From: an uncultured bacterium
GTDB taxonomy: Bacteria > Abyssobacteria > SURF-5
Direction: 5' to 3'
DNA: 44,565 bases
Assembly (NCBI GenBank): GCA_964607485.1
Contig: CAZSKP010000036.1
Coordinates: forward strand, 1-44,565
Positions 17,807-27,733 of the stretch are shown one piece after another (the first letter of the stretch is position 1; every line of letters begins with the position of its first letter). A model generated the notes under the pieces. It had not been told where the DNA came from. It did not search any database and saw only the letters and a list, made by a program, of their open reading frames with translations. The position numbers were made by a program, and so were the translations under genes.

Positions 17807-20242
17807 ATGCGTCATAAAGTCGCAATACCTATAGCCATCATCTTTGGTATATTCATCGCCCTGGCGGGGAGCCTGTACCTATATCTGCGGAGCTTCGTCC
17901 CAAACTACAATGCCGCTCTGAAAGCGCCCGGATTGAGAGATACGGTCGTCATCGAGAGAAATAAGTATGCCGTCCCGACGATTTTCGCCCAGAATGACGA
18001 CGACCTTTATTTTGCGTGGGGTTACGTGAACGCGCAGGACAGACTCTTTCAAATGGAGATGACCAGACGCATCAGCCAGGGCCGCATATCGGAGTTCGCG
18101 GGAGAAGCAGAGCTCAAGAAGGATATGTTTCTTCGCGCCGTCGGCTTCCATGATATAGCAAAGAGGAACTCAAGACACCTCGACCCTCGCATCGCGGAAT
18201 ACGTCCAACGCTATGTCGACGGCATCAATTACTACCTCGACACACATGGGACACCGCCCTACATGCGTCTCCTTGGCATGAAGAAGGAACATTGGAGCAT
18301 TGAGGACGCCGGCGCCGTTTCCATGATGCTGAGCTGGTCCCTCGCCTACAATATGAAGAATGAGCTGCTTTACTATAAAATGGCGGAAAAGATCGGACAT
18401 GATGGAGTCATGCAGCTCTTGCACTATTGTGCACCCGACACCCCGACCACCATTGAAGATATTGTCAGTCCGACTTCGGGCGTCGGGGAAGCTGCCTCAT
18501 TGAGTAATCATCGCGTTCCTCACGCCGTTGCATCGGACGATATTCATGGAGAAAGGCCTGTCCGCCCCGAAGCGAGTCTGGCAACATTGTATGATGATTT
18601 CGGTTGGCTTCTCGGAACACGCAGCACAAGCAATGCGTGGGTCGTGGCTCCACAGAAGACCGCCCACAAGGGCACAATGCTGGTAAGCGATATGCAGTTG
18701 CATTTCTCCAAGCTTCCAAACGACCTATACTACATCCGGGTGAACGCCGGAGATTATTATGCGGTTGGTGCTCAGGTGCCCGGCCTCCCGGTTATCGTCT
18801 CAGGATATAGCAAATACATGGCATGGGCAAATACGAACAATAACATAGACATTGTCGATCTGTTCATAGAGACGATTGACTGGGACAGGAAGACGTATCG
18901 GCATGCGAACGATGAATCTCCACTCACGAGCAAAGAGGAGTTGTTCTGGGTTAAGGGCAAAGAGGAACCTATTCCCAAGATGCTCTATTACGCGGGCAGA
19001 AGGCCGGTTCTCAGTGAGGTGTTCTCGGATCTTGGTGTTGATATTAGCCTGGATTGGACCGGGTTTGAAGGGCTTTCTTACGAGGGCTTTTTCCGAATCA
19101 ACCGAGCCCGTAACTACGACGAGTTTCTTGAAGGCGCCAACACGATACGAATGTCGCCGGCAAACATGGTGTACGCCGATAGAGAGGGTAACATCGCATA
19201 TCGCGTTGTGGGGTCCCTGCCCGCGAGAAGAGAGGGAACCGGGAATCTTCCGGCAAACGGTGAAGAAGTCAACTGCAATTGGACCGGCAATATTCCGGAT
19301 GACGAGTATCCGGTAGTGAAAAACCCTGCTCGTGGTTTTATTGTCACATCAAACAACAAAGTAGTGAAGGACTTCGCGTACGACCTCAATCCCACCTATT
19401 ATGCAAAATACCGGTATGAAAACGTCGCGACAAGGCTCCGTGACAAAAATGATATCGATCTCGACTATGCCATGAAGGTCCAGCTAGATACCCACACGGT
19501 CATGGCGAAGGAGGTCATCGGGCTCGTCAAGCAATATGTGACAGTAGATGAAAGCGAGCGCAACATGAGAGCAGCATACGACCTCCTGCTCGGATGGGAT
19601 GGCAATGTCAGCAAGGGTTCCGTCGCAGCCGCGATTTACAACACTTTCTTTGTGCGGTTTGCATATCAGACAGTTGTTGACGAAATAGGCCATGAGGCAG
19701 CCGCGGATTATGTCGGCGACCAGAGACTCAGCGTCGGCCGATTTTTCAAGCTGCTGCAGGACAACAGCGAGTTTTTCGACGATGTAAGGACACCGGAAAG
19801 AGAGTCAATAGGCGACATCGCAACGCGCGCATTTAAGGAGACCCTTACTATTCTGGCGAAATATTCGGGCTCGTCCCGTATCGAAGATTGGAACTGGGGG
19901 ACATTTCATAAGATCAAGTTCGACAGTCTTCTCGGAAAGTCGCCGCTCCTGCGGCCATTTCTCAACTACGGCCCATTCCCCTTTGAGGGCGACCGCCAGA
20001 CGAACAATCGAGCTTCGTTCTCCGAAATGGAGCCGCCGTTTATTACGGAACAAGCATCGGCTCCTCGGATTATCGTCGTCTTCGGCCCGGAACCAAAAGG
20101 CTATATGATGCTTGCTACCGGCGAGAACGAATATTTCTTGAGCAAACACTACACCGATATGACCGATGCATGGCTGCGCCATGAATACTTCTGCGTGGAA
20201 GAAGAAGAGGCGTCATACAAGACCACTATCTCTCCAGAATAG
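17807..20242 (+). CDS. Penicillin acylase family Ntn-hydrolase
   Basis: GYVNAQDRLFQME..RR..QGR.SE, SNAWVV nucleophile, NMVYADREGNI, NPARGFIVTSNNK; N-terminal membrane anchor. Confidence 0.92.
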   Translation: MRHKVAIPIAIIFGIFIALAGSLYLYLRSFVPNYNAALKAPGLRDTVVIERNKYAVPTIFAQNDDDLYFAWGYVNAQDRLFQMEMTRRISQGRISEFAGEAELKKDMFLRAVGFHDIAKRNSRHLDPRIAEYVQRYVDGINYYLDTHGTPPYMRLLGMKKEHWSIEDAGAVSMMLSWSLAYNMKNELLYYKMAEKIGHDGVMQLLHYCAPDTPTTIEDIVSPTSGVGEAASLSNHRVPHAVASDDIHGERPVRPEASLATLYDDFGWLLGTRSTSNAWVVAPQKTAHKGTMLVSDMQLHFSKLPNDLYYIRVNAGDYYAVGAQVPGLPVIVSGYSKYMAWANTNNNIDIVDLFIETIDWDRKTYRHANDESPLTSKEELFWVKGKEEPIPKMLYYAGRRPVLSEVFSDLGVDISLDWTGFEGLSYEGFFRINRARNYDEFLEGANTIRMSPANMVYADREGNIAYRVVGSLPARREGTGNLPANGEEVNCNWTGNIPDDEYPVVKNPARGFIVTSNNKVVKDFAYDLNPTYYAKYRYENVATRLRDKNDIDLDYAMKVQLDTHTVMAKEVIGLVKQYVTVDESERNMRAAYDLLLGWDGNVSKGSVAAAIYNTFFVRFAYQTVVDEIGHEAAADYVGDQRLSVGRFFKLLQDNSEFFDDVRTPERESIGDIATRAFKETLTILAKYSGSSRIEDWNWGTFHKIKFDSLLGKSPLLRPFLNYGPFPFEGDRQTNNRASFSEMEPPFITEQASAPRIIVVFGPEPKGYMMLATGENEYFLSKHYTDMTDAWLRHEYFCVEEEEASYKTTISPE

Positions 20243-20414
20243 AATCCGGTCGGAGCGTAATCAGTGCAGGGTTGGACTATTTTCGACCGCCAAAAGGTGT
20301 AACTTCTGCAAGGTATTCATTCTTCACTTCCGACGACTCTAGGCAAGTGCATAATACGTTTTCAATTCTGCACTCTTCAAGACTTGAGATCCCGTCTCTT
20401 TGGAATGGCGGGCT

Positions 20415-21890
20415 TCAGCTTTGCTGTTTGATGGCTTCGATATGTTGAATGGCTTTGTGGAGGCGTTGAAGGTTTTTCTCTCTTCCGAGAAGTTCGACGG
20501 TCTCGAAGAAACCGGGGCCAATGGTCTTGCCGGTGAGCGCAAGGCGAGACGGGTGGATGAGTTCGCCGAGCTTGAGGTTCTCGCGGTCAATGTACTCGTT
20601 GCAGCGCGCCTCGATCGTCTGTGCGTCGAACGGGTCGCAGTCCTTCAGGATTTCCGCAAGGTCGGACAGCCGTTTCGCGACGCCCGGCTTCGACCAATGC
20701 TTCTTCACGCCCTTTTCCTCATAGCCCTCGATGTCACGGAAGAAGTAGGAATAGCCGACAATGTCGGCGAGCAATTGCAATCGCTTTTTCGTCGCATGCG
20801 CAAGCTTTACGAGCCAATCACGGCGCGACTGCTGTTCCGATTCGCTCATCAGGCCGGCTTTCACCAGGAACGGCGTGAACCGTTCCACAAGCTCCTCGTC
20901 GCTCAGTGAGCGGATGTACTGCCCGTTCATCCACAGGAGCTTCTTCGGGTTGAAGATGGCCGCCGTTTTCGCCACGTCGGCGATGTCGAAATCGCGCACC
21001 ATCTCCATCCAGGTCATTATCTCACGGTCGCCGCCGGGGGACCAACCGAGGAGCGCGAGGAAATTCATCATCGCCTCCGGCAGGTAGCCCGCCTCATCGT
21101 ATGCGGAAACCGCGGTCGCGCCGTGCCGCTTGCTCAGGCGCGAACCGTCCTCACCCATGATGAGCGACACGTGCGCGTATTCGGGCAGCTCGGCGCCCAT
21201 GGCCTGAATGAGCATTATCTGTTTGGGCGTGTTCGAGATGTGGTCCTCGCCGCGGATGACGTGCGTTATCTGCATGGTGACGTCGTCCACCGACACCGAG
21301 AAGTTATACGTAGGCGTCCCGTCGGAACGCAGAATGATGAAATCGTCAATCTGGTCGTTCTCGAACGAGATTTCTTCGCGCACCATGTCGTTGAAGGCGG
21401 TCGTTCCGGCGGGCACCCTGAAGCGCAGGACGAACGGCATCCCCTTCGCTTCTCTTTCGGCGACTTCCGACGCGCTCAGATTTCTGCATCTGCCCTCGTA
21501 ACTCAGCGTTCGCTTTTCGCTTCGCGCCCGCTCGCGCATCTCCTCCAGCTCTTCGGGCGTGCAGAAGCATTTGTACACCGCCCCGCTCGCGAGCAGCCGG
21601 TTCGCCTCGCGGCGGTATATTTCCAGGCGCGCCATCTGGTTGTAGGGGCCGTACCCGCCCCCGACGCCCGGCCCTTCGTCCCAGTCGATGCCCAGCCACT
21701 TGAGTCCGTCCACTATCGCCGCGAGCGCCTCCGGCGTGGAACGCTCCTGGTCGGTGTCCTCTATCCTGAGCACAAACGTTCCGTGATTGTGTCGCGCGAA
21801 CAGCCAGTTGAACAGCGCGGTGCGAGCGCCGCCGATGTGCAGGTAGCCGGTCGGACTGGGAGCGAATCGCACCCTCACCTTGGGCGGCAT
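20415..21890 (-). CDS. gltX: Glutamate--tRNA ligase
   Basis: RVRFAPSPTGYLHIGG, THVIRGEDH, LSKRHG; true start ATG 21890 overlaps nadA stop. Confidence 0.97.
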   Translation of the reverse strand: MPPKVRVRFAPSPTGYLHIGGARTALFNWLFARHNHGTFVLRIEDTDQERSTPEALAAIVDGLKWLGIDWDEGPGVGGGYGPYNQMARLEIYRREANRLLASGAVYKCFCTPEELEEMRERARSEKRTLSYEGRCRNLSASEVAEREAKGMPFVLRFRVPAGTTAFNDMVREEISFENDQIDDFIILRSDGTPTYNFSVSVDDVTMQITHVIRGEDHISNTPKQIMLIQAMGAELPEYAHVSLIMGEDGSRLSKRHGATAVSAYDEAGYLPEAMMNFLALLGWSPGGDREIMTWMEMVRDFDIADVAKTAAIFNPKKLLWMNGQYIRSLSDEELVERFTPFLVKAGLMSESEQQSRRDWLVKLAHATKKRLQLLADIVGYSYFFRDIEGYEEKGVKKHWSKPGVAKRLSDLAEILKDCDPFDAQTIEARCNEYIDRENLKLGELIHPSRLALTGKTIGPGFFETVELLGREKNLQRLHKAIQHIEAIKQQS

Positions 21891-22822
21891 CAGCTGACCT
21901 CCAGCATCCTGTCGAGCGCTTTCTTGGCCTTGAGGCGGATGTCCTCGGGCACCTCGACCGTGTGACGCATGTAGCGGAGCGACTGCGCCAGCGAATCGAG
22001 CGTCGTCATCTTCATGTTCGGACAGAGGACGTGCTTGGAGGGGAGGTAGAATTTCTTCTGCGGGTTCTGTTTGCGGAGCCGATAGAGAATGCCCATCTCG
22101 GTGCCGATGATGAACTCGTCGGCGTCGGAGTTCTTGACGAATTCGTACATGCCCGACGTGCTGCACACCTTGTCAGCGAGGTCCACCACGTCGGCCGTGC
22201 ATTCCGGATGCGCGACGAACAGCGCGTTCGGGTGCTCCGCCTTCGCGCGTTTGACGGCCTCGGCGAAAATCAGGATATGCGTCGGGCAGAACCCGTCGTA
22301 CGCGATTATCTCCTTGTCGGAGAAGCGCGAGACGTAGTTCGCCAGGTTGCGGTCGGGCGTGAAGATGATCTTTTTTGCGGCGACCGAGTTGACCACCTCG
22401 ACCGCGTTCGCCGACGTGCAGCACACGTCGCTCTCGGCCTTGATGGCGGCGGTCGAGTTTACGTAGGTGACCACGCTCGCGTCGGGATGCTCGCGCTTCA
22501 GCTCCTGCAGTGCGGGCACGTCTATCATGTCGGCCATCGGGCAGCCGGCTTCCTTAACAGGCAGGAGCACCGTCTTTTGGGGCGAAAGGAGCGCCGCAGA
22601 CTCCGCCATGAAGTGCACGCCGCAGAACACGATGGCATCGGCGTCGGTCGCGGCGGCCTGTTTGCTCAGGCCGAGCGAGTCGCCGCAGAAATCGGCGATC
22701 TCCTGAATTTCGTCGCGCTGGTAGTTGTGGGCGAGGATGACCGCGTTCCGCTCTTTTCTGAGCGACGCGACCTCCTCCTTCAGACCTTCGAGGTATTTCT
22801 GATATTCAATATTTCGTTCCAT
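21890..22822 (-). CDS. nadA: Quinolinate synthase
   Basis: [36 protein letters not shown]. Confidence 0.97.
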   Translation of the reverse strand: MERNIEYQKYLEGLKEEVASLRKERNAVILAHNYQRDEIQEIADFCGDSLGLSKQAAATDADAIVFCGVHFMAESAALLSPQKTVLLPVKEAGCPMADMIDVPALQELKREHPDASVVTYVNSTAAIKAESDVCCTSANAVEVVNSVAAKKIIFTPDRNLANYVSRFSDKEIIAYDGFCPTHILIFAEAVKRAKAEHPNALFVAHPECTADVVDLADKVCSTSGMYEFVKNSDADEFIIGTEMGILYRLRKQNPQKKFYLPSKHVLCPNMKMTTLDSLAQSLRYMRHTVEVPEDIRLKAKKALDRMLEVS

Positions 22823-22917
22823 ATCTTTCCATTATAGTATGTTCTCGTTTCCGTGAGCAAACGCGGGAGAACGAGACGGCTTACGAACATGTCGCCGATT
22901 GTGACTTCGACCCATCG

Positions 22918-23340
22918 CTATCCGTCTGACGGGCCCGCCAGGACCGGCTTGATGTCGATAACGGGCGTACCGTCCACCGCCTCCAGCGGGCGCACCCTGA
23001 TTCCACGCCGTTCATCGACTTGAAGTACCGTAACCCTGTGCAACCCTATCGGATTAGGCCTGTTGGGAGAACGCGTCGCGAATACACCGGAAAGGGGTCT
23101 GCTGGAATCGCGACGCGGATGGACTTTCAACGTGTCACGCTGGGCAAGGTGAAACCATGTCAGAACCACAATCTCGCTGTTCGGCGATATCCCCTCAAGG
23201 GCGTCCATGAAGCGAGGAAAAATCTTCACCCAGGCATCGGGGGCGCCTTCGGAACCTTGCCTCGGCGCGTCCTCCAGGCGACGCAGCCCGGAGCGAACGA
23301 CGCCGATTGGATGCAGTGAATATGAATCGAACTCAGCCAC
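22918..23340 (-). CDS. tsaA: tRNA (t6A37)-N6-methyltransferase TrmO/TsaA
   Basis: PIGVVRS, APRQG, GVFATRSPNRPNPIGL, DGTPVIDIKP. Confidence 0.92.
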   Translation of the reverse strand: MAEFDSYSLHPIGVVRSGLRRLEDAPRQGSEGAPDAWVKIFPRFMDALEGISPNSEIVVLTWFHLAQRDTLKVHPRRDSSRPLSGVFATRSPNRPNPIGLHRVTVLQVDERRGIRVRPLEAVDGTPVIDIKPVLAGPSDG

Positions 23341-23400
23341 GATCTGTCGCTTCTATGCTCCGTGGTTATGATGTTCGCGTGTTCCGTCCTTTTGCGTCAT

Positions 23401-23796
23401 TCACAGCGACATCATGTCTCCGTTTCCGGCGGCGGCGCGTTTCTTCGCGCCGATAGGCCGGTTCTTTTCGTCAACCAGAATCTTCTTCGGCGTCCATTCG
23501 CGCGCCTCGGCCTCATCCATCAGGGCGTACGAGATGATAATGACCAGGTCGCCCGCCGCGCCGCACCGGGCGGCCGCGCCGTTGAGGCAAATCTGGCCGC
23601 TACCGCGTTTGCCCTCCATCACGTACGTCTCGATGCGGCTGCCGTTGTTGATGTTGACGATTTGAACCTTTTCGTAGGGCAGGATGTCGGCCGCTTCGAG
23701 CAGGTCCGAGTCGATGGTCACGCTGCCCTCGTAATGAAGGTTCGCGTCGGTGAGTGTAGCGCGATGAATTTTTGATTTACACAGAGTTCGATGCAT
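23401..23796 (-). CDS. panD: Aspartate 1-decarboxylase
   Basis: [27 protein letters not shown]. Confidence 0.97.
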   Translation of the reverse strand: MHRTLCKSKIHRATLTDANLHYEGSVTIDSDLLEAADILPYEKVQIVNINNGSRIETYVMEGKRGSGQICLNGAAARCGAAGDLVIIISYALMDEAEAREWTPKKILVDEKNRPIGAKKRAAAGNGDMMSL

Positions 23797-23850
23797 CCTC
23801 TTCCTCCATCTGCGGGTGGGCGTTCTTGCGGAATCGCCTCCCGCTGGGAA

Positions 23851-24753
23851 TCATGGTAGCCTCAGGACTTCATTATCAATGAGGCGCGTCTTGCCGACAA
23901 AAACGGCCAGCAGCGCCACCGCTTCCAATTTGATGGTTTCCAGTTCCTCCAGCGTGTCGGTGTCGGATATCGAGACGTAGTCGATCCGGGCCGTGGGTCT
24001 GCTCTCTATGTGCTTTCGCATGGCCGCGACGATAGTCTTAGCGTCGGTCTGGCCGCCGCGAACCATATCTTTCGCCAGTTGCAGCGACTCATACAGGCAG
24101 AGCGCGTCCTTTCGCTCCTCTGCATCGAGGTAGGCGTTGCGCGAGCTCATTGCCAGCCCGTCGTCCTCGCGCACCGTCGGCAGCACCACGATCTCGAGGT
24201 TCATGTTCAGGTCTTTGACCATCCTTCGAATCACGGCGGCCTGCTGGTAGTCCTTCTGACCGAAGAACGCCCAATGCGGCAGGACGATATTGAACAGCTT
24301 CGCGCACACCGTAGTCACGCCCCGGAAATGGTTCGGGCGGGATGCGCCGCAGTGGGAGGACGTGAGCTGTTCCACGTTGACGTAGCTCTGAAACTCGGAC
24401 GTGTACATCGTGCGCGCCTCGGGGTAGAAGATATAGTCCACCCCTTCGCGCCTGGCGATCTTCTCGTCGCGTTCCATGTCACGGGGGTATTTCTCCAGGT
24501 CCTCGCCGGGGGCGAACTGTGTCGGGTTCACAAAGATGCTCAGCACCACTATGTCGGCCTGCTGGCGGGCCGCGCGAATCAGGCTCGCGTGTCCCTCATG
24601 GAGATACCCCATCGTCGGCACGAACCCGATGAGCAGGTCGGTCTCCCTTATCTTGTTCGACAGAGCCTGCATCTTACCGGGGTCGTGGATTATCTTCATT
24701 TCCCTCGGTTCGGTTCCTCGGCCCGTCGGAGCCGGCTTGCCGGATTTTCTCAT
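23851..24753 (-). CDS. panC: Pantoate--beta-alanine ligase
   Basis: VPTMGYLHEGH, FVNPTQF, FGQKDYQQ, GLAMSSRN, RLIDN. Confidence 0.97.
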   Translation of the reverse strand: MRKSGKPAPTGRGTEPREMKIIHDPGKMQALSNKIRETDLLIGFVPTMGYLHEGHASLIRAARQQADIVVLSIFVNPTQFAPGEDLEKYPRDMERDEKIARREGVDYIFYPEARTMYTSEFQSYVNVEQLTSSHCGASRPNHFRGVTTVCAKLFNIVLPHWAFFGQKDYQQAAVIRRMVKDLNMNLEIVVLPTVREDDGLAMSSRNAYLDAEERKDALCLYESLQLAKDMVRGGQTDAKTIVAAMRKHIESRPTARIDYVSISDTDTLEELETIKLEAVALLAVFVGKTRLIDNEVLRLP

Positions 24754-25556
24754 TTGTATATGTGCTCCTTGGATGGGAACTTGCCCGTTTTGACCTCGTC
24801 GATGTATGCCTTCACCGCCTCCTCGACGAGCGGCGCGAGGTGCGCGTATCGCTTGACGAATTTCGGCACGAACCGCTCGAACAGCCCGAGCAGGTCCTGT
24901 GTGACGAGCACCTGCCCGTCGCAGTCGGGGCCCGCTCCGATGCCGATCGTGGGAATTTCCAGCGATTCGGTTATCTTCTTTGCAACTTCGGCTGGAACGG
25001 CCTCGAGAACGATGGAGAACGCTCCTGCCTGCTGGATGGCCATGGCGTCGTCCACCAGCTTCTTGGCCGCCGCCTCGTCGCGGCCCTGAACCTTGAACCC
25101 GCCGAATTTATGAATCGACTGCGGCGTTAATCCCAGGTGGCCCATCACAGGGACGCCGCACTTGAGAATGGCTTCGATTTCCTCGACGAATTCGGCGCCG
25201 CCCTCGAGCTTGACCGCCTCGGCTCTGCCCTCCGAGACGAACCGCCCGGCGTTCTCGGCGGCCTGCTGAGGGGAGAGCTGGTAACTCATGAAGGGCATGT
25301 CGCCGACGATGAGCGACGTGGGATGCGCGTTGGCGACGGCGCGGGTGTGGTATATCATCTGCTCCATTGTGACGGAGAGCGAGTTGGGGTCTCCGGCGAC
25401 CACCATTCCCGCCGAATCGCCGACCAGCAGCATATCCACGCCCGCCTTGCCGAGGATGGAAGCCATCGGGAAGTCGTAAGCCGTGAGCATCGTGATTTTT
25501 TCGCCCCGGCTTTTCTTCTGGATGATGTCGGGTACGGTGACTTTCTTATCAGGCAT
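24750..25556 (-). CDS. panB: 3-methyl-2-oxobutanoate hydroxymethyltransferase
   Basis: MLTAYD, LLVGDS, DMPFMSY, VKLEGG, GHLGLTPQS, IGIGAG..CDGQVLV. Confidence 0.97.
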   Translation of the reverse strand: MPDKKVTVPDIIQKKSRGEKITMLTAYDFPMASILGKAGVDMLLVGDSAGMVVAGDPNSLSVTMEQMIYHTRAVANAHPTSLIVGDMPFMSYQLSPQQAAENAGRFVSEGRAEAVKLEGGAEFVEEIEAILKCGVPVMGHLGLTPQSIHKFGGFKVQGRDEAAAKKLVDDAMAIQQAGAFSIVLEAVPAEVAKKITESLEIPTIGIGAGPDCDGQVLVTQDLLGLFERFVPKFVKRYAHLAPLVEEAVKAYIDEVKTGKFPSKEHIYK

Positions 25557-25650
25557 CAAAAAACCCTCCCGAACCAAGCCCGGAAGGGAAAGAACGCTTT
25601 TTTTCCTTCCGTCTCGGTCCTTGCTTTAAGGATCCAAGCGGATCTTCGTT
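25557..25650 (-). ncRNA. pan RNA motif-like cis-regulatory element upstream of panB
   Basis: CCGCUUGGAUCC-loop-GGACCGAGACGG stem with two bulged A, then CCCUUCCG..CGGGAGGG-U6 hairpin covering the panB RBS. Confidence 0.7.
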
Positions 25651-25656
25651 TGGGTT

Positions 25657-26154
25657 TCAGCCCTCTGCAGACAACCTGTATCTGCGCACGCCCTTGCTGC
25701 CGACCTTGGCGCTCATCTGCACGGCCGTGAGGCACAGTATCGGGTGTTTCACCGACGGCGCTATCTCGGCAAGAGGGGTGAGTACAAACGCTCTTTTGTG
25801 CATTTCGGGGTGCGGGATCTCAAGATTCTCTTCCACGCGGCGCTCGTCGCCGTACAGTAAGATATCTATGTCGATCACCCGAGGCCCCCACTTTAATGTC
25901 TTCTTTCTCCCTACTCTGCGCTCCACCTCCCTTATTGTTGCCAACAGGTCCTTTGGAGCCAGCTCGGTCTCAATTTCCGCAGCGGCGTTGAGGAAATCCG
26001 GCTGATCCTCGATACCGACCGGCTTCGTCTCGTATATCGATGAGACCCGCCTCAGTCTGACCCGGCCCGAGCGGACAAGCTCGGCCAACGCCGTATTGAT
26101 ATTGGCTTTCCTGTCGCCCAGGTTGCTGCCGAGCCCGAGATAGGCGGTAACCAC
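25657..26154 (-). CDS. folK: 2-amino-4-hydroxy-6-hydroxymethyldihydropteridine diphosphokinase
   Basis: AYLGLGSNLGDR, QPDFLN, WGPRVIDIDIL, PHPEMHKRAFVL.PL. Confidence 0.96.
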   Translation of the reverse strand: MVTAYLGLGSNLGDRKANINTALAELVRSGRVRLRRVSSIYETKPVGIEDQPDFLNAAAEIETELAPKDLLATIREVERRVGRKKTLKWGPRVIDIDILLYGDERRVEENLEIPHPEMHKRAFVLTPLAEIAPSVKHPILCLTAVQMSAKVGSKGVRRYRLSAEG

Positions 26155-26535
26155 TTATTGCCGCCGGGGTTTATGCCTGACTATTTCAACCTCCGCATGG
26201 TCACATATCCCGCCGACGGGCGGGTGCGGCTTGCGGATTCTGACGACAATTTTCTGACAATCGCACAGCCCGAAGACGGCGTCGGCAACTTCTGCGGCGA
26301 GCGATTCGAGCAGATTGTGATGCCTGCCGTCCACGACTTTACCCACAACATCATAGATGCTTGCGTAGTTAATTGTATCATCAAGGTTATCGGACTTGCA
26401 AGCTTTTTTTAGGTCGGCGCATATTTCGAGATCCACCCCGATTGGCGTGCGCACGTCGCGCTCCCATCCGGCGACGCCGACATGAGCGGAAAAAGCCATG
26501 TTCTTTAGCGTTATCTTTTCCGAGTCCTTAATCAT
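26155..26535 (-). CDS. folB: Dihydroneopterin aldolase
   Basis: F.AHVGV..WE, SDNLDDTINY, LLESLA, KPHPP. Confidence 0.93.
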   Translation of the reverse strand: MIKDSEKITLKNMAFSAHVGVAGWERDVRTPIGVDLEICADLKKACKSDNLDDTINYASIYDVVGKVVDGRHHNLLESLAAEVADAVFGLCDCQKIVVRIRKPHPPVGGICDHAEVEIVRHKPRRQ

Positions 26536-26541
26536 TGAGCC

Positions 26542-27717
26542 TCAAATTCTTATGCCCTTAATCCTCTCGACAGCCTCGACGAGGCGCTCCTTCGCCACAG
26601 TCAGCGCCATGCGCACGTATCCTTCACCGTTCGGACCGAATCCGATGCCCGGCGTAGTCACGATTCCCGCCTTTTCGAGCAACGTGAAGGAAAGCTCGGA
26701 GGATGTGTAGCCGGGCGGCGCCGGCGTCCACACATAAAACGTGGCCTTGGGTTTGGGCACATGCCATCCGATGGAGTTCAGGCCGTCAATGAGTGTGTCG
26801 CGACGTTCCGCATAGACAGACACGATGTCCGCCACCGTTTTGGCGGGACTCCGAAGCGCGGCCATTGCGGCGTGCTGAACTGCTTGAAACACACCTGAAT
26901 CGATATTGGTCTTTACTCTTCCCAAGGCGGAAACGATGTCCCTGTTGCCCACGGCAAAGCCGATTCGCCAGCCGGTCATGTTGTAAGTCTTTGAGAGCGA
27001 ATGAAATTCGACTGCAATATCCTTTCCACCGGGAACCTCCAGGATGCTGACCGGCCTCAGGTCGTCATAGGCCATCTCGCAGTAGGCGGCATCCTGGCAG
27101 ATGATGATGCCATGCTCTTTCGCAAACTCGACTGCCCTTTCGAGAAGGTTTTTGTCGGCCACCGCAGCGGTCGGATTGTTTGGGTAATTAAGAAACATAA
27201 GTTTAGCTCGGTCAGCTATTTGTGAATCTATCTGGTCGAAATCCGGAACAAACCCGCTGTCGGCCAGCAGCGGAAAAGAGTAAGGTATCCCGCCCGCAAA
27301 CACGGTGCTCGCCCGATACACCGGATAGCCCGGGTCGGGCACAAGGACGAAGTCGCCCGGATTCACAAAAGCCAGCGGCAGATGGGCTATCCCTTCCTTC
27401 GACCCTATCAGCGTGAGCACCTCGGTAGCGGGGTCGAGATGAACATCGAACCGGCGTTTCATGTAGAGGCTGAATTCGTGTCTCAGCTCGAGTAAGCCCT
27501 CATAAGAAGGGTACCGGTGGTTCTGAGGATTGGCCGCCGCATCGCAGAGTGCCTTGATGATGTGGCCGGGAGTAGGCAAGTCCGGGTCGCCCACCCCCAG
27601 GTTGATGATATCCATGCCCTCCTCGATCGCCATTCGCTTTGCCTTGTCAATCTCGGAGAAGAGGTAAGGGGGAAGTTGGCTGAGCCTGTCGGCGTGTTCG
27701 ATCGAGAAGTCTTCCAT
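26542..27717 (-). CDS. dapL: LL-diaminopimelate aminotransferase
   Basis: RL.QLPPYLF, GSKEGIAH, NYPNNPT, EFHSLSKTYNMTGWRIG, NIDSGVF; GGAGGG RBS. Confidence 0.9.
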   Translation of the reverse strand: MEDFSIEHADRLSQLPPYLFSEIDKAKRMAIEEGMDIINLGVGDPDLPTPGHIIKALCDAAANPQNHRYPSYEGLLELRHEFSLYMKRRFDVHLDPATEVLTLIGSKEGIAHLPLAFVNPGDFVLVPDPGYPVYRASTVFAGGIPYSFPLLADSGFVPDFDQIDSQIADRAKLMFLNYPNNPTAAVADKNLLERAVEFAKEHGIIICQDAAYCEMAYDDLRPVSILEVPGGKDIAVEFHSLSKTYNMTGWRIGFAVGNRDIVSALGRVKTNIDSGVFQAVQHAAMAALRSPAKTVADIVSVYAERRDTLIDGLNSIGWHVPKPKATFYVWTPAPPGYTSSELSFTLLEKAGIVTTPGIGFGPNGEGYVRMALTVAKERLVEAVERIKGIRI

Positions 27718-27733
27718 TATCCCTCCATGGCGG

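Noticed and set aside
20243..20414. Possible tRNA-Gln/Glu downstream of gltX
   Set aside because: No cloverleaf or T-loop GTTCGA found on either strand
21891..22166. Apparent N-terminal extension of GltX
   Set aside because: Overlaps nadA in another frame; real start is ATG 21890
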